A stretch of DNA of 64,000 nucleotides from Bdellovibrionales bacterium (lineage in GTDB: Bacteria > Bdellovibrionota > Bdellovibrionia > Bdellovibrionales > CAYMLA01): contig OZ244239.1 of the NCBI GenBank assembly GCA_965217115.1, forward strand, positions 1,088,001 to 1,152,000, in the 5' to 3' direction. Position 1 is the stretch's first letter. Each line of letters begins with the position of its first letter. The notes beneath the pieces were generated by a model. The model made no database searches. It had not been told where the DNA came from and saw only the letters and a list, made by a program, of their open reading frames with translations. The position numbers were made by a program, and so were the translations under genes. Positions 28,809-38,051 of the stretch are shown here, one piece after another.

Positions 28809-29842
28809 ATGCCTTAATTCTTGCGGCAGGAAGGGGAGAGCGCTTAAAACCCTACACTCTAAATACTCCCAAACCCTCTATCCCTTTTCTAAATATTCCC
28901 ATGGGGCTGTTTTGTCTAGATTTCTTACAAGGCCTTTCGATCTCAAAAATGGTTATCAACACCCATCATCTGCCAGATAAAATACAACAAACCTTTTCAT
29001 CTTTAAAACAAGAGTATCCTTCTATGGAGTTTTCCCACGAAGAACTTATTTTGGGCGGTGGTGGAGCTTTAAAGAAAAATATTTCTCTGTTCGACAAGAC
29101 CCAACCCATCGTCTGCCTTAATTCTGATAGCTTTATCCTCCATAAAAGAGTTCATTCTCTCGGACAAGAAGTCCTAGAGACACATCAACAAAAAAAATCT
29201 GCCGCGACATTGCTTCTTATTGAACACCCAGAGGCTGGAAAAACACTCAACGCTGCTTGGTGTGATCATCATGGGCGGATATTAGGGTTTGGAAAAAAAC
29301 CTCCTTTAGGGCAGGAGAGTCGTCCTTTTCATTTTGTTGGTCTGCAAATTATTGAGTCAGATTTGATTCATCTCCTACCAGAAGGTGCTTCTAATCTTAT
29401 CACCGATCTTTACAATCCTTTGATTAAAGAGAAAAAAAGCTCTCCTCTTATACAAGGGCATATTCTCACAGAAGCTCTATGGTTTGAAATAGGTCAATTG
29501 CAAGGGTACTTAACCGCGAGTGAACAGATTCTTAATCATCTCTTGCGAGAGAGGGGGTTTTCAATCTTTGATAATATTCTCAAAAAATCTTATCCTCAAT
29601 TAAAAATCAATGGCCATCTCGCAACAGTAGACAACACGCTAGACAACACACTTAATAATTTTGAAGTCCCCTTGTTTTGTGGTTCCCATTCTCTGATAAG
29701 TCCCAGCACTTGCTTCAGTGGATTTGCGATCATAGGAGATAACGTCGTTATCGAGCCCCATTGCTCTATTAAAAACTCTGTGATTGGCCATGGAGTCACT
29801 GTTAAATCAGGAAGTGTCATTGAAGACACACTTGTTTTGTAG
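28805..29842 (+). CDS. Sugar-1-phosphate nucleotidyltransferase, MurU-like, with C-terminal hexapeptide repeats
   Basis: LAAGRGERLKPYT.TPKP, INTHHL, IIGDNVVIEPHCSIKNSVIG. Confidence 0.8.
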   Translation: MNALILAAGRGERLKPYTLNTPKPSIPFLNIPMGLFCLDFLQGLSISKMVINTHHLPDKIQQTFSSLKQEYPSMEFSHEELILGGGGALKKNISLFDKTQPIVCLNSDSFILHKRVHSLGQEVLETHQQKKSAATLLLIEHPEAGKTLNAAWCDHHGRILGFGKKPPLGQESRPFHFVGLQIIESDLIHLLPEGASNLITDLYNPLIKEKKSSPLIQGHILTEALWFEIGQLQGYLTASEQILNHLLRERGFSIFDNILKKSYPQLKINGHLATVDNTLDNTLNNFEVPLFCGSHSLISPSTCFSGFAIIGDNVVIEPHCSIKNSVIGHGVTVKSGSVIEDTLVL

Positions 29843-29851
29843 GTTTCGTCT

Positions 29852-30994
29852 TTAAGTGATTTTTCCTAAAAGAGTTGATTTCGATGCGCCTGTAAGACGA
29901 CTGTTATCCACCTCTATTTGCCAAAGTCTTAGAGCAGCAAGAAGAGCGAAAGCACCTCCTTCTACGGCATTTAGAGGCCAATCGTATTCGTCAACTTGAT
30001 GAAACGAAACTTCAGGGAGAAGTTCTTTGAGTCTTTGGACAAGAAATTTATTTTTAGCCCCACCGCCACAAAGAACGACTACGTTGGGTAATTCAGGCAA
30101 AAACCTCCTATAGGCTTGCTCAATAGACTGGGCTGTTAAATTTGTTAACGTACAGAGTTTATCAAATTGATTTTTACCTTTCATCATTGCAAAGGCTTTT
30201 TCTAAGAAAACCTCTCCAAACTCTTCGCGTCCGCAACTTTTTGGAGGCTTTTTCTTTAAAAACCTTTCTTTTAAAAGATGCTTCAATGTTTTTTCATCAA
30301 TCTGTCCTTTTCGCGCATGATTGCCACTGCGATCAAAAAACTTTGTCCCCGTTGTTTTTCCCTTAGTTAACCTCTCCATTGCTAAGTCAATGGGCATATT
30401 GGCTGGACCTGTGTCGAATGCAATTTCATTTGACGACGCGCCTTTGCTATCGACATGAAAATAAGTCACGTTAGATATTCCCCCTAGATTATGCACCGCT
30501 ACTCTCTTGTTTTTAAAATAACCAGCAAAAACCTGTTTATGAAACAACGGGGCCAGGGGCGCCCCTTCTCCCCCTGCTGCAATGTCGGCGGCACGAAAGT
30601 CATAAACCACAGGAACCTGAAATTCTTGCCTAAGGTAAGATGGCTCCCCTATTTGCAATGTTCCCCTCTGTTTGTTTTTTTTCTCACCTTGATGGTAAAC
30701 GGTTTGCCCATGGAGACCGATGGCATCAAATCGCCACTTCTTGGCTCTTAAAACCCTCTTTAGACTTTGTGCATAGTTCCGACCAAGATTGTGATGGGTT
30801 TCGACAAGTTCTTCCATTGAGGTTTGGTGTTGCGCTGCTTTTTTTAATTGTTCTTTAAGCTTTTTCGGTAATTTCGTAGATGCCATATCAATGTACTGAA
30901 TGTTTATTTTCTGTGTTTTTGTTTTTATGACCTCACAGAGAACCCAGTCAACACCATCCATACTTGTACCGCTCATCACACCAATAATTCTCAT
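29852..30994 (-). CDS. anmK: Anhydro-N-acetylmuramic acid kinase
   Basis: GVMSGTSMDGVD, HGQTVYH, DFRAADIAAGGEGAPL, NLGGISN, FDTGPAN, CGGG. Confidence 0.95.
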   Translation of the reverse strand: MRIIGVMSGTSMDGVDWVLCEVIKTKTQKINIQYIDMASTKLPKKLKEQLKKAAQHQTSMEELVETHHNLGRNYAQSLKRVLRAKKWRFDAIGLHGQTVYHQGEKKNKQRGTLQIGEPSYLRQEFQVPVVYDFRAADIAAGGEGAPLAPLFHKQVFAGYFKNKRVAVHNLGGISNVTYFHVDSKGASSNEIAFDTGPANMPIDLAMERLTKGKTTGTKFFDRSGNHARKGQIDEKTLKHLLKERFLKKKPPKSCGREEFGEVFLEKAFAMMKGKNQFDKLCTLTNLTAQSIEQAYRRFLPELPNVVVLCGGGAKNKFLVQRLKELLPEVSFHQVDEYDWPLNAVEGGAFALLAALRLWQIEVDNSRLTGASKSTLLGKIT

Positions 30995-31074
30995 GGATAA
31001 ACAGTACCATCTCTAGGCAGCGCTGCCAAATAGATGGAAGCTCTAATTCTCTGTTATTTTGTTTTAGTAATTAT

Positions 31075-32070
31075 TTATTTTATAAAGACTCTCTGCCTTT
31101 TTTTAAGGTCATATCGTCGGGTCATCATTTTAAAAATATTATCCCCTGCGACACCGATTTTCAGCCCTTTATGCATGCGGTACATACCAGACACCGTTGC
31201 CAGCTTTCGAGATTTGGTCAAATTCTTTTTCTTATGACGTCCGAGCAAGGCATCTAGCTCTCCATCTATATCATATTCTTCATCGCTCGAAGCGGTGCTC
31301 GAATTTCTGCCAACGCCACTCTCAAAACCCGCTTTATTCACTTTTACGAGGGACTGTGCTATAACTTCTTTAGTTTGTTTTTTCATTTTCTTTAGACTCT
31401 CTTTAGATAATCCTAATTTCGCTCCCAAGCCAGCAGCACTTGAACCTACGGGCAATGTCGAACCATCGGGAAACTTGATTGAACCGTCTTTATTAACGAT
31501 GTAACCCGCTTTTTTAAGATCGTTGAGTCCTTTTATTCCGACCTTATAAGGCTTTAGCCCTTGAACTTCTTCAGGGTATCCATAGACATCTGAAACTCCG
31601 GTCCCATAGTCGCCATAATCACCATCAAACGCCCCACCTGCTATACCTGCTCCAGCTCCTGTTTTATAGTTTTCCCCGCCTTGCAGCAGAGACAACCCCC
31701 CTTGCATCATTTGATAATAACCCATAGCCCTCTGCGCTCCGTTGGTGGGACCAGCAGTATTCACCATGTATTTACCAAGCGCAATCAAAGCACCTCCTGT
31801 GACCATGCCAATCATGCCCGCTTTATTATTTTCTTTTTCAATCTTACTGGCAGACTCTCTTGCGCTTTCCTGTTCTATTTGGTTTTGCTTTTCTCTCTCT
31901 AAACGTTCTCTGTCTGCTTGATCCCTTTGCGCCGTAATTCCACCTTCTGGAGTTCGCCCCACTAAACTTTGACCATAACTGGGACTTGCTTCAAAGATAA
32001 CCATCGCCAGAGCGACAGTTAGTAGGGGTGTTTTTTTTATCATGAAGTCGTTTCCTCTCTTTTTATTCAT
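31075..32070 (-). CDS. Secreted Gly-rich hypothetical protein
   Basis: Signal peptide (start may be 32043), hydrophobic Gly segment, C-terminal GDNIFKMMTRRY. Confidence 0.7.
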   Translation of the reverse strand: MNKKRGNDFMIKKTPLLTVALAMVIFEASPSYGQSLVGRTPEGGITAQRDQADRERLEREKQNQIEQESARESASKIEKENNKAGMIGMVTGGALIALGKYMVNTAGPTNGAQRAMGYYQMMQGGLSLLQGGENYKTGAGAGIAGGAFDGDYGDYGTGVSDVYGYPEEVQGLKPYKVGIKGLNDLKKAGYIVNKDGSIKFPDGSTLPVGSSAAGLGAKLGLSKESLKKMKKQTKEVIAQSLVKVNKAGFESGVGRNSSTASSDEEYDIDGELDALLGRHKKKNLTKSRKLATVSGMYRMHKGLKIGVAGDNIFKMMTRRYDLKKRQRVFIK

Positions 32071-32082
32071 AAATAATCCTTT

Positions 32083-33471
32083 TTACTTAAGAAGTGTTCC
32101 CAACTTTCTCCTATATCTCATTGAAACTTTTTCCCATAGGGTCGGGCCATTGGCTGCCGAGATTTCACGCACATTTGCTACTTTTCGTTTTTTGTATTTA
32201 GAGCCACCAGGTAAGTAAGCCTTTAAGTTCATTCTCCGTCGATTGTTTTTTCCGTAGCCCTTGTACTTATTTGATGAACCTCTATAGCCCCCGTAACCAC
32301 TGGAGCTTCCCCCTCGGCCACTGCCTTCAAAACCCATGCTCACACTGGGGTTGCTGCCCGTACTTCCGCCACCACCTGATGAAGAACCATAGGAAGATTT
32401 GCCGCTACCACCACCGCCACCGCCTGGCGCTCCACTTCCTCCACTGGTGCCGATAGCCTGTCTTGAAGCGTCGCCATTCCCTTTTTCTCCAAAAGGGCCG
32501 CCTAGAGAGCCTCCTGCCCCATAAGGGTCATTCCCAAGGCTATTCATATCATTATTTATTTTATTAAGATCCACATCTCCACCCAAATCAGCAGTTGGGT
32601 TTTTGAAAGTGCCTTCCGGCTTTGTTGTGGGATTGGTACACAACGGGTCGCGGGGGTTTTTAGTGCAGATGCACGTTACATTTGTCGAATTCATAGGATC
32701 TGTGCAATCAAGAATGCCACCACCGCCATCACTTTTCGTTTGCTCTTTGCAATTTTGGGCCCCTTGATAAGATCGAGCCAAGCCCACCAAATCGAGGCTC
32801 GCCCTTTCCATATTCACTGCAAACTTTTCACAAGCTTTTAACCCTTGTTTTTTAAGAATGCTCAAAACTTTCTTCGCTTGGGGGGTTCTGTTTATATTTA
32901 TATGATCTATCTCACTTATAATTCCATTATAATTTTGATCTAATCCCTGTGCAAACAATTTGCTCTTTTCTTCTGCCTCAATTCTGCTCTTTTCTGCCTC
33001 AAGACCTTTGAGCTTAGCCTTGTCTGCCTTTAAAACAGCGATTGTTTTTTCTATCGCGCTTGAACAATAATCTGTGCAGAAAGTGTGAACACCTTCACAT
33101 CCCGCTTTAAAGGCAACAGTCGCCGCTGATACTGTTCTGAGGGCTTTACTCAGGCTGGAACATGTCTCAGAAAGACCCATTGTTCCCGCCGTCGAGGACA
33201 GTCCACTGACAATATCTCCTGCCGCCGCCAATTTAGGATTCTTTTCGGCGTCGCAAATTCCAGACACACCCCTTTCAACACTCCTATGACAGCTTCCAAC
33301 GACTTCCGTTAACTCTCCTACTGAATTCGTATTAGGGAGGGGAAACTTTATCTTTTCTTCTGTTTTTCCCTGTACAGCAGATCCTCCTCTTCCCTGTGCA
33401 TCAGGTTCCGCCAAAACCTGCAAGGGGAAGAATATTGACACTAGTAATAATCTAAGAAAAACATCCTTCAA
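32083..33471 (-). CDS. Secreted Cys-rich/Gly-Ser-rich hypothetical protein
   Basis: Signal peptide (PLQVLA), many Cys, long G/S linker, C-terminal GPTLWEKVSMRY. Confidence 0.7.
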   Translation of the reverse strand: MKDVFLRLLLVSIFFPLQVLAEPDAQGRGGSAVQGKTEEKIKFPLPNTNSVGELTEVVGSCHRSVERGVSGICDAEKNPKLAAAGDIVSGLSSTAGTMGLSETCSSLSKALRTVSAATVAFKAGCEGVHTFCTDYCSSAIEKTIAVLKADKAKLKGLEAEKSRIEAEEKSKLFAQGLDQNYNGIISEIDHININRTPQAKKVLSILKKQGLKACEKFAVNMERASLDLVGLARSYQGAQNCKEQTKSDGGGGILDCTDPMNSTNVTCICTKNPRDPLCTNPTTKPEGTFKNPTADLGGDVDLNKINNDMNSLGNDPYGAGGSLGGPFGEKGNGDASRQAIGTSGGSGAPGGGGGGSGKSSYGSSSGGGGSTGSNPSVSMGFEGSGRGGSSSGYGGYRGSSNKYKGYGKNNRRRMNLKAYLPGGSKYKKRKVANVREISAANGPTLWEKVSMRYRRKLGTLLK

Positions 33472-33508
33472 TTCGACCTCCCCAAAAAACCTTTGACACC
33501 ATAGGGAC

Positions 33509-33536
33509 TTATCGGACGAACATCTAGTTTACTTTA
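33509..33536 (-). promoter_or_regulatory. Sigma28-like promoter of the leftward two-gene operon
   Basis: Minus strand TAAA-N16-TCCGATAA (spacer 1 nt longer than canonical). Confidence 0.55.
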
Positions 33537-33567
33537 AAAAAACTTTCTCTATGGCAGAAGTCCAATA

Positions 33568-33671
33568 GTCTCATTTTAAGACACAATCCCCTTTAAAGCC
33601 TCTGCCGGGTTGGAAGCGATTCCCCTCCCCTTCCCCTCTATTATTTGTTTTACTGTCATCGTTTTAGACAG
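33568..33671. promoter_or_regulatory. Two palindromic putative enhancer sites
   Basis: GTCTCATTTTAAGAC (33568-33582) and CTGTCATCGTTTTAGACAG (33653-33671), same GTC-N9-GAC pattern as at 14104. Confidence 0.5.
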
Positions 33672-33759
33672 CTGCCCAACAATTTTCAGGAATAAAAGAC
33701 AACGGCCTTGCTTTTATTCTCTGAATCGTTGTTTAAACCCCTAAAAAGAGCAACGTCTC

Positions 33760-33775
33760 TGGCATCTTCATTGCT
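33760..33775 (+). promoter_or_regulatory. Sigma54 (-24/-12) promoter
   Basis: TGGCAT-CTTCA-TTGCT. Confidence 0.75.
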
Positions 33776-33788
33776 CTTCTTATAGTTT

Positions 33789-36224
33789 ATGAGAAAAAAA
33801 GGGTCAAAAAATACATTTCGAATCAACACAAGAGGTTTAAGAGCAACCTCCCGCAAAGCTATGTCATACCTTCTCTCGGCAACCATCGCTCTGGCACCCG
33901 CTCTTTCCTCTGCTCAAAATAATCTCCCTCAGAGCAAGGATGGAAAAACGACCACTCAAGACACCCTTACTAAAGATGAACTCAAGAAGTTCCGCCCCTC
34001 TGAACTTTCACGCTTTGACCAAAATTACAGAAATCAAATGAATCAAATGTACCCTGGTGGTTTCACCGTTAGCACCATGAAACGCCTTCCCAGAGAAGCT
34101 CTTATTTTCTACGTCGCCATGGGAGCCACCATGGTTCAAGATTCCCTCATTGATCCATACACCAAAGGGGGGCGTCTTAATCCCAACTGGCTCGACACCC
34201 TCATCCATGAAGCCACATCTCCAATTGGATTGGCTGGGTTTGCTGCCTTTGTACTCGCCAGTGGCAAAACAGGACAGCTTATGCTCCAAGCTGCTCACGG
34301 CATAGAAAAAACCTCCCCTGGTATTGCCAAATCCTTCAGAGGCCTTAGCGGTCAAATCGGTATGGCCGCAGGAATGATCGCCTCTAATATCGTCCATGAG
34401 TTTGCCTACCACCCAGACGTCATCCTGTGCTATCAAAGCCTAAAAAAAACCGACAATTCAGAAATAGATTCCCAAGCCTGTGACCGCGCCTTTGATTATT
34501 GGGTTCTCAATCCAGGTTCTCGTCTCTACGACTGGGCCCCCGATATCTTCGCTATGCTCAGCGCCTCCTTTCTCTCCTCCGCCCTTCTGAATAAAAGTCC
34601 TCTTATAGCTCTTATCAAAAAAGGCACCCCCATCTCTGTAAAAGGTTTTATGATGAAACTCGGCTCTTTGCGCTTTGGTGTACACCCACTTTCTCAGGTT
34701 GGTATGGGCCTTTTAAACCTCTACACCTTTATGAATGTACATGCAAAAGTCACTGATCCTCTTATTGCTCGACCATGGAAAAATAATCGAAAATACAACG
34801 GAACTCTTAAAAAATATATTGAAATTCAAAAAGAGTTCAGTGAGCTTGAAAAAAAGAACTTTCATCTTGTAAAGAAAAATCCTCACAAAATCATTCAACT
34901 TCTTCAAGATTACACGGAAAAACAAGATGACTGGAGAACCTTTAATTTAGACTTAGCATTGACTGCTCACGCTAATTGGAAAACCTCAGCTATGGAACTT
35001 TTAATGTCCCATAAAACAGCCTATCTTTTTTATCATGATTTTTTTGAACAACAATCTCTGTTCAAAGGGCAGTATTCTTCTGATAATCCTTATATAAAAA
35101 AAGAATCTCACCTAGATGAAATTGAGAACAATCCAGAAATTATCATTCCTTATTTTAAAGAAACCCATCCAAAATCGGTTCATAATATAAACACAACTCG
35201 CACTGTGGACTACCTCCTTACATCTATGATCTGTGGCCCTGATGCTGAAAACAAACCAAATTCCCTTATTAAAGATCCACTTGTCGGTGTAAGTTATAAG
35301 TTTGTCCCTCCTAGAGTTTTAGAAAATATTCACCCTGCTTTTTGCCTACAGAGGTTTCCCGTTATTGATAGGCCGAATAAGCATTTTCAAGATCACTATA
35401 AATACAACCCACATGATATCATTATTGACACTTCCCGTGGAACCTACGAAGGTATTTTGCCACTCATTAATAGTCATTTGCGACGTGATCTCATTGGCTC
35501 TACCAATGGTGTTTTAAATTTTAATAGCTGGTGGGAAAAAAATATTCTTCCCAGCTTTAATAAAACAGTGGACAAACTTCGTGACGAGTATCGCAAGATG
35601 ATGACCAACTTGTTTTTTCCTGCTTTTCAAAGCAAAGATTTTGAAGCTATAAAGGTTTCTTTAAACCAAGATCATTATCAAATATGGAAAAATCAAGAGC
35701 AACAGTGGAATATTGGCCAACATTTTGTCCCGTTACTTCGAAAAAAGAACAAACGTCGCCCTCATCTTTCTGCTGGCTTAGCTTCAAAGGCTAATGAAGA
35801 GGTTAAAGAGCTTCTTTTGCCCAAGGGGATCACGAGTAGCCTTTTTCAAGAGGTTCCTATTTGGTTAAATCTTCTACAACGTTTAAACAAGAAATTTTCC
35901 ATAAATAATTCAACGTTCACACTCTATGGTAAAATTCTTATTCTCTCCCTTGAAGAAATGCTTGAGGCAGTCAATTTTTCAACCATTCAAGGTAAAAATT
36001 TCAATGCTGCCTATGAAAAGGCCCTGCAAGCGACTTCTGAAATCGCTCGTCTCTTTAAAATTGATCTTATGAAAATAAGACAAATGAACCCTCAAGAGCG
36101 TTTAGAACTGAAAAAACTCCCCCTTGAGCAGCAGATTGCCATCTCCTCTCTCCTCCGCCTACAAGACCTTAGTCAAAATCTCGAAAACTACAGGGCGATT
36201 TTGCAATTGATTGAAGACAGATAA
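33789..36224 (+). CDS. Large exported hypothetical protein with hydrophobic helical N-region
   Basis: 811-aa ORF (alternative start 33861); signal-like LLSATIALAPALSSA; several Gly/Ala-rich hydrophobic segments. Confidence 0.7.
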   Translation: MRKKGSKNTFRINTRGLRATSRKAMSYLLSATIALAPALSSAQNNLPQSKDGKTTTQDTLTKDELKKFRPSELSRFDQNYRNQMNQMYPGGFTVSTMKRLPREALIFYVAMGATMVQDSLIDPYTKGGRLNPNWLDTLIHEATSPIGLAGFAAFVLASGKTGQLMLQAAHGIEKTSPGIAKSFRGLSGQIGMAAGMIASNIVHEFAYHPDVILCYQSLKKTDNSEIDSQACDRAFDYWVLNPGSRLYDWAPDIFAMLSASFLSSALLNKSPLIALIKKGTPISVKGFMMKLGSLRFGVHPLSQVGMGLLNLYTFMNVHAKVTDPLIARPWKNNRKYNGTLKKYIEIQKEFSELEKKNFHLVKKNPHKIIQLLQDYTEKQDDWRTFNLDLALTAHANWKTSAMELLMSHKTAYLFYHDFFEQQSLFKGQYSSDNPYIKKESHLDEIENNPEIIIPYFKETHPKSVHNINTTRTVDYLLTSMICGPDAENKPNSLIKDPLVGVSYKFVPPRVLENIHPAFCLQRFPVIDRPNKHFQDHYKYNPHDIIIDTSRGTYEGILPLINSHLRRDLIGSTNGVLNFNSWWEKNILPSFNKTVDKLRDEYRKMMTNLFFPAFQSKDFEAIKVSLNQDHYQIWKNQEQQWNIGQHFVPLLRKKNKRRPHLSAGLASKANEEVKELLLPKGITSSLFQEVPIWLNLLQRLNKKFSINNSTFTLYGKILILSLEEMLEAVNFSTIQGKNFNAAYEKALQATSEIARLFKIDLMKIRQMNPQERLELKKLPLEQQIAISSLLRLQDLSQNLENYRAILQLIEDR

Positions 36225-36333
36225 CCCACCCTTAAATAGAGGTTTTGTAAAATTTAGAATTTCAATAAAGAAAGTTTGCTAAAAACTCCCTCTTTACATA
36301 AGATTAGAATATTAGCTATTAAGGAGCCTTGTT

Positions 36334-36996
36334 ATGAAAAAAAGTCACTTAGCCTTCATCTTTATCTTCACAACCACCACAGCGGTTGTTTCCTACGCCA
36401 ATCGTAAAAGAGGAACTGGCAACGATACCAATAAAGGAAGAACTGAAATAAAAACCGCCATCGACTCTGCGCTAAGAGCAGGAACAGGAAAAAAAGACAC
36501 AGGACTTGACGAAATATCCAACACCAGTCGCTCCCAGGAATTTTTCAATTTAATGTCTGAAAAAGGCATCTTCAATCCACATAAGATCACTGAAGTCAAA
36601 AAAGAGCTTAAGACAATTTCAGACGCCAGGCTCAAAGAAAAAATTGACCAGGTCCTCTCCAAAGTATCAAATCAGATTAAAGAAAACAAAACCCCACTCT
36701 CAAGGGAGACTCAATCTCTTCTAAAATCTGGAGTTGATTTTATTTTGTCTCTTAAGGGTATTGGAAAACAGTTTAAAACTTCAACCACTGAAAGTATCAA
36801 AACCAAAGAAGCCCTTGAAGCTCTTTTAGAAGTTATCCCCGATGCTATGAAGTGGGATTTAGGTAAACAAAAAAATCTCGAAACTCTTATGAAAACAATC
36901 GTCAAGGGAAAAGAGGACCTGATAACAGCTCTTAATAAGGCCCTTAATGATGCTCAGATTACCCTTGAAGAATTAATTAAAAGATGTAAGGGCTAA
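36334..36996 (+). CDS. Secreted basic helical hypothetical protein
   Basis: AAGGAG RBS, signal peptide, own sigma70-like promoter TTGCTA-N17-TAAGAT. Confidence 0.7.
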   Translation: MKKSHLAFIFIFTTTTAVVSYANRKRGTGNDTNKGRTEIKTAIDSALRAGTGKKDTGLDEISNTSRSQEFFNLMSEKGIFNPHKITEVKKELKTISDARLKEKIDQVLSKVSNQIKENKTPLSRETQSLLKSGVDFILSLKGIGKQFKTSTTESIKTKEALEALLEVIPDAMKWDLGKQKNLETLMKTIVKGKEDLITALNKALNDAQITLEELIKRCKG

Positions 36997-37012
36997 AAAG
37001 CAGGGGCCTCTT

Positions 37013-38017
37013 TTGAATATTCTTGTAACTGGCGGTACAGGCTTTGTCGGGTCGTGCCTTATTGGCTCCCTTCTAAAACAGAGTGATATAAAATCCATTG
37101 GAATTTTACACCGTCAGAACAGTGATCTCTCTGAAATTGAAAATCTAAACCTCGATCTCTCCAAACTCAACTACTTTGTCGGTGATATCACTGACAAAGA
37201 CTCCCTTCTAAAGGCCACTCTTGGCATTGACACTGTTTTTCACCTCGCGGGACTTGTCGCTTATAAAAAATCAGAGCGTCACAAAATGGATCTCGTCAAC
37301 GTGCAAGGAACTCAAAACATGATCGATGCCTGTCTCAAAAACCACGTTCGTCGCCTTGTTCATATGAGCTCTGTCACAGCTATTGGCGCCAGCTTCACCC
37401 CCTCCTCTCTAAATGAAGACTCCCCCTACAACATCGAGCACCTAAACCTTGGTTACTTTGAAACAAAACATCGAGCCGAAAAACTCGTCTACAATGCCGT
37501 TCTTAGACACGGTCTAAATTCCGTCATTGTAAATCCCTCCACAATTTACGGCCCTGGTGATGCTCGAAAAGGCTCACGAAAAACCCAACTCAAAGTCGCC
37601 CAAGGAAATTTTCCATTCTACACTTCTGGTGGAGTCAATGTCATCGCCATAGAAGACGTCTGCCAAGGCTTAATCAGCGCTTGGAGAAATGGTCTCTCCG
37701 GAGAACGGTATATCCTTGCTGGCGAAAATCTCCTCATCAAAGATCTTTTTAAACTTATCGCCAAAGAAGCTGGAACCCCTGCTCCCTTTATTCCTCTGCC
37801 AAAACCCCTCACTCATTTTCTCGGTTTCGTAGGAGACCAAGTGGAGAAGCTTGGTAAAGAAACTTCCATTAGTTCTGAAAATGCTTGGACCTCCCAGCTC
37901 TTCCATTGGTTCGATTCCAAAAAGGCACAAGAACACCTCGGCCTCAAACCAAAATCTGCCCAATACGCTATTGCTCAAAGCGTGCAGTGGATGAGAGACA
38001 ATCAATTAATTGATTAA
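37013..38017 (+). CDS. NAD-dependent epimerase/dehydratase (dihydroflavonol reductase/HpnA-like)
   Basis: TGGTGFVG, FHLAG, HMSS, YFETK, NPSTIYGPGD. Confidence 0.88.
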   Translation: MNILVTGGTGFVGSCLIGSLLKQSDIKSIGILHRQNSDLSEIENLNLDLSKLNYFVGDITDKDSLLKATLGIDTVFHLAGLVAYKKSERHKMDLVNVQGTQNMIDACLKNHVRRLVHMSSVTAIGASFTPSSLNEDSPYNIEHLNLGYFETKHRAEKLVYNAVLRHGLNSVIVNPSTIYGPGDARKGSRKTQLKVAQGNFPFYTSGGVNVIAIEDVCQGLISAWRNGLSGERYILAGENLLIKDLFKLIAKEAGTPAPFIPLPKPLTHFLGFVGDQVEKLGKETSISSENAWTSQLFHWFDSKKAQEHLGLKPKSAQYAIAQSVQWMRDNQLID

Positions 38018-38051
38018 CGGGAACACTCGATGTCAATTTCACTTCTCTTAA

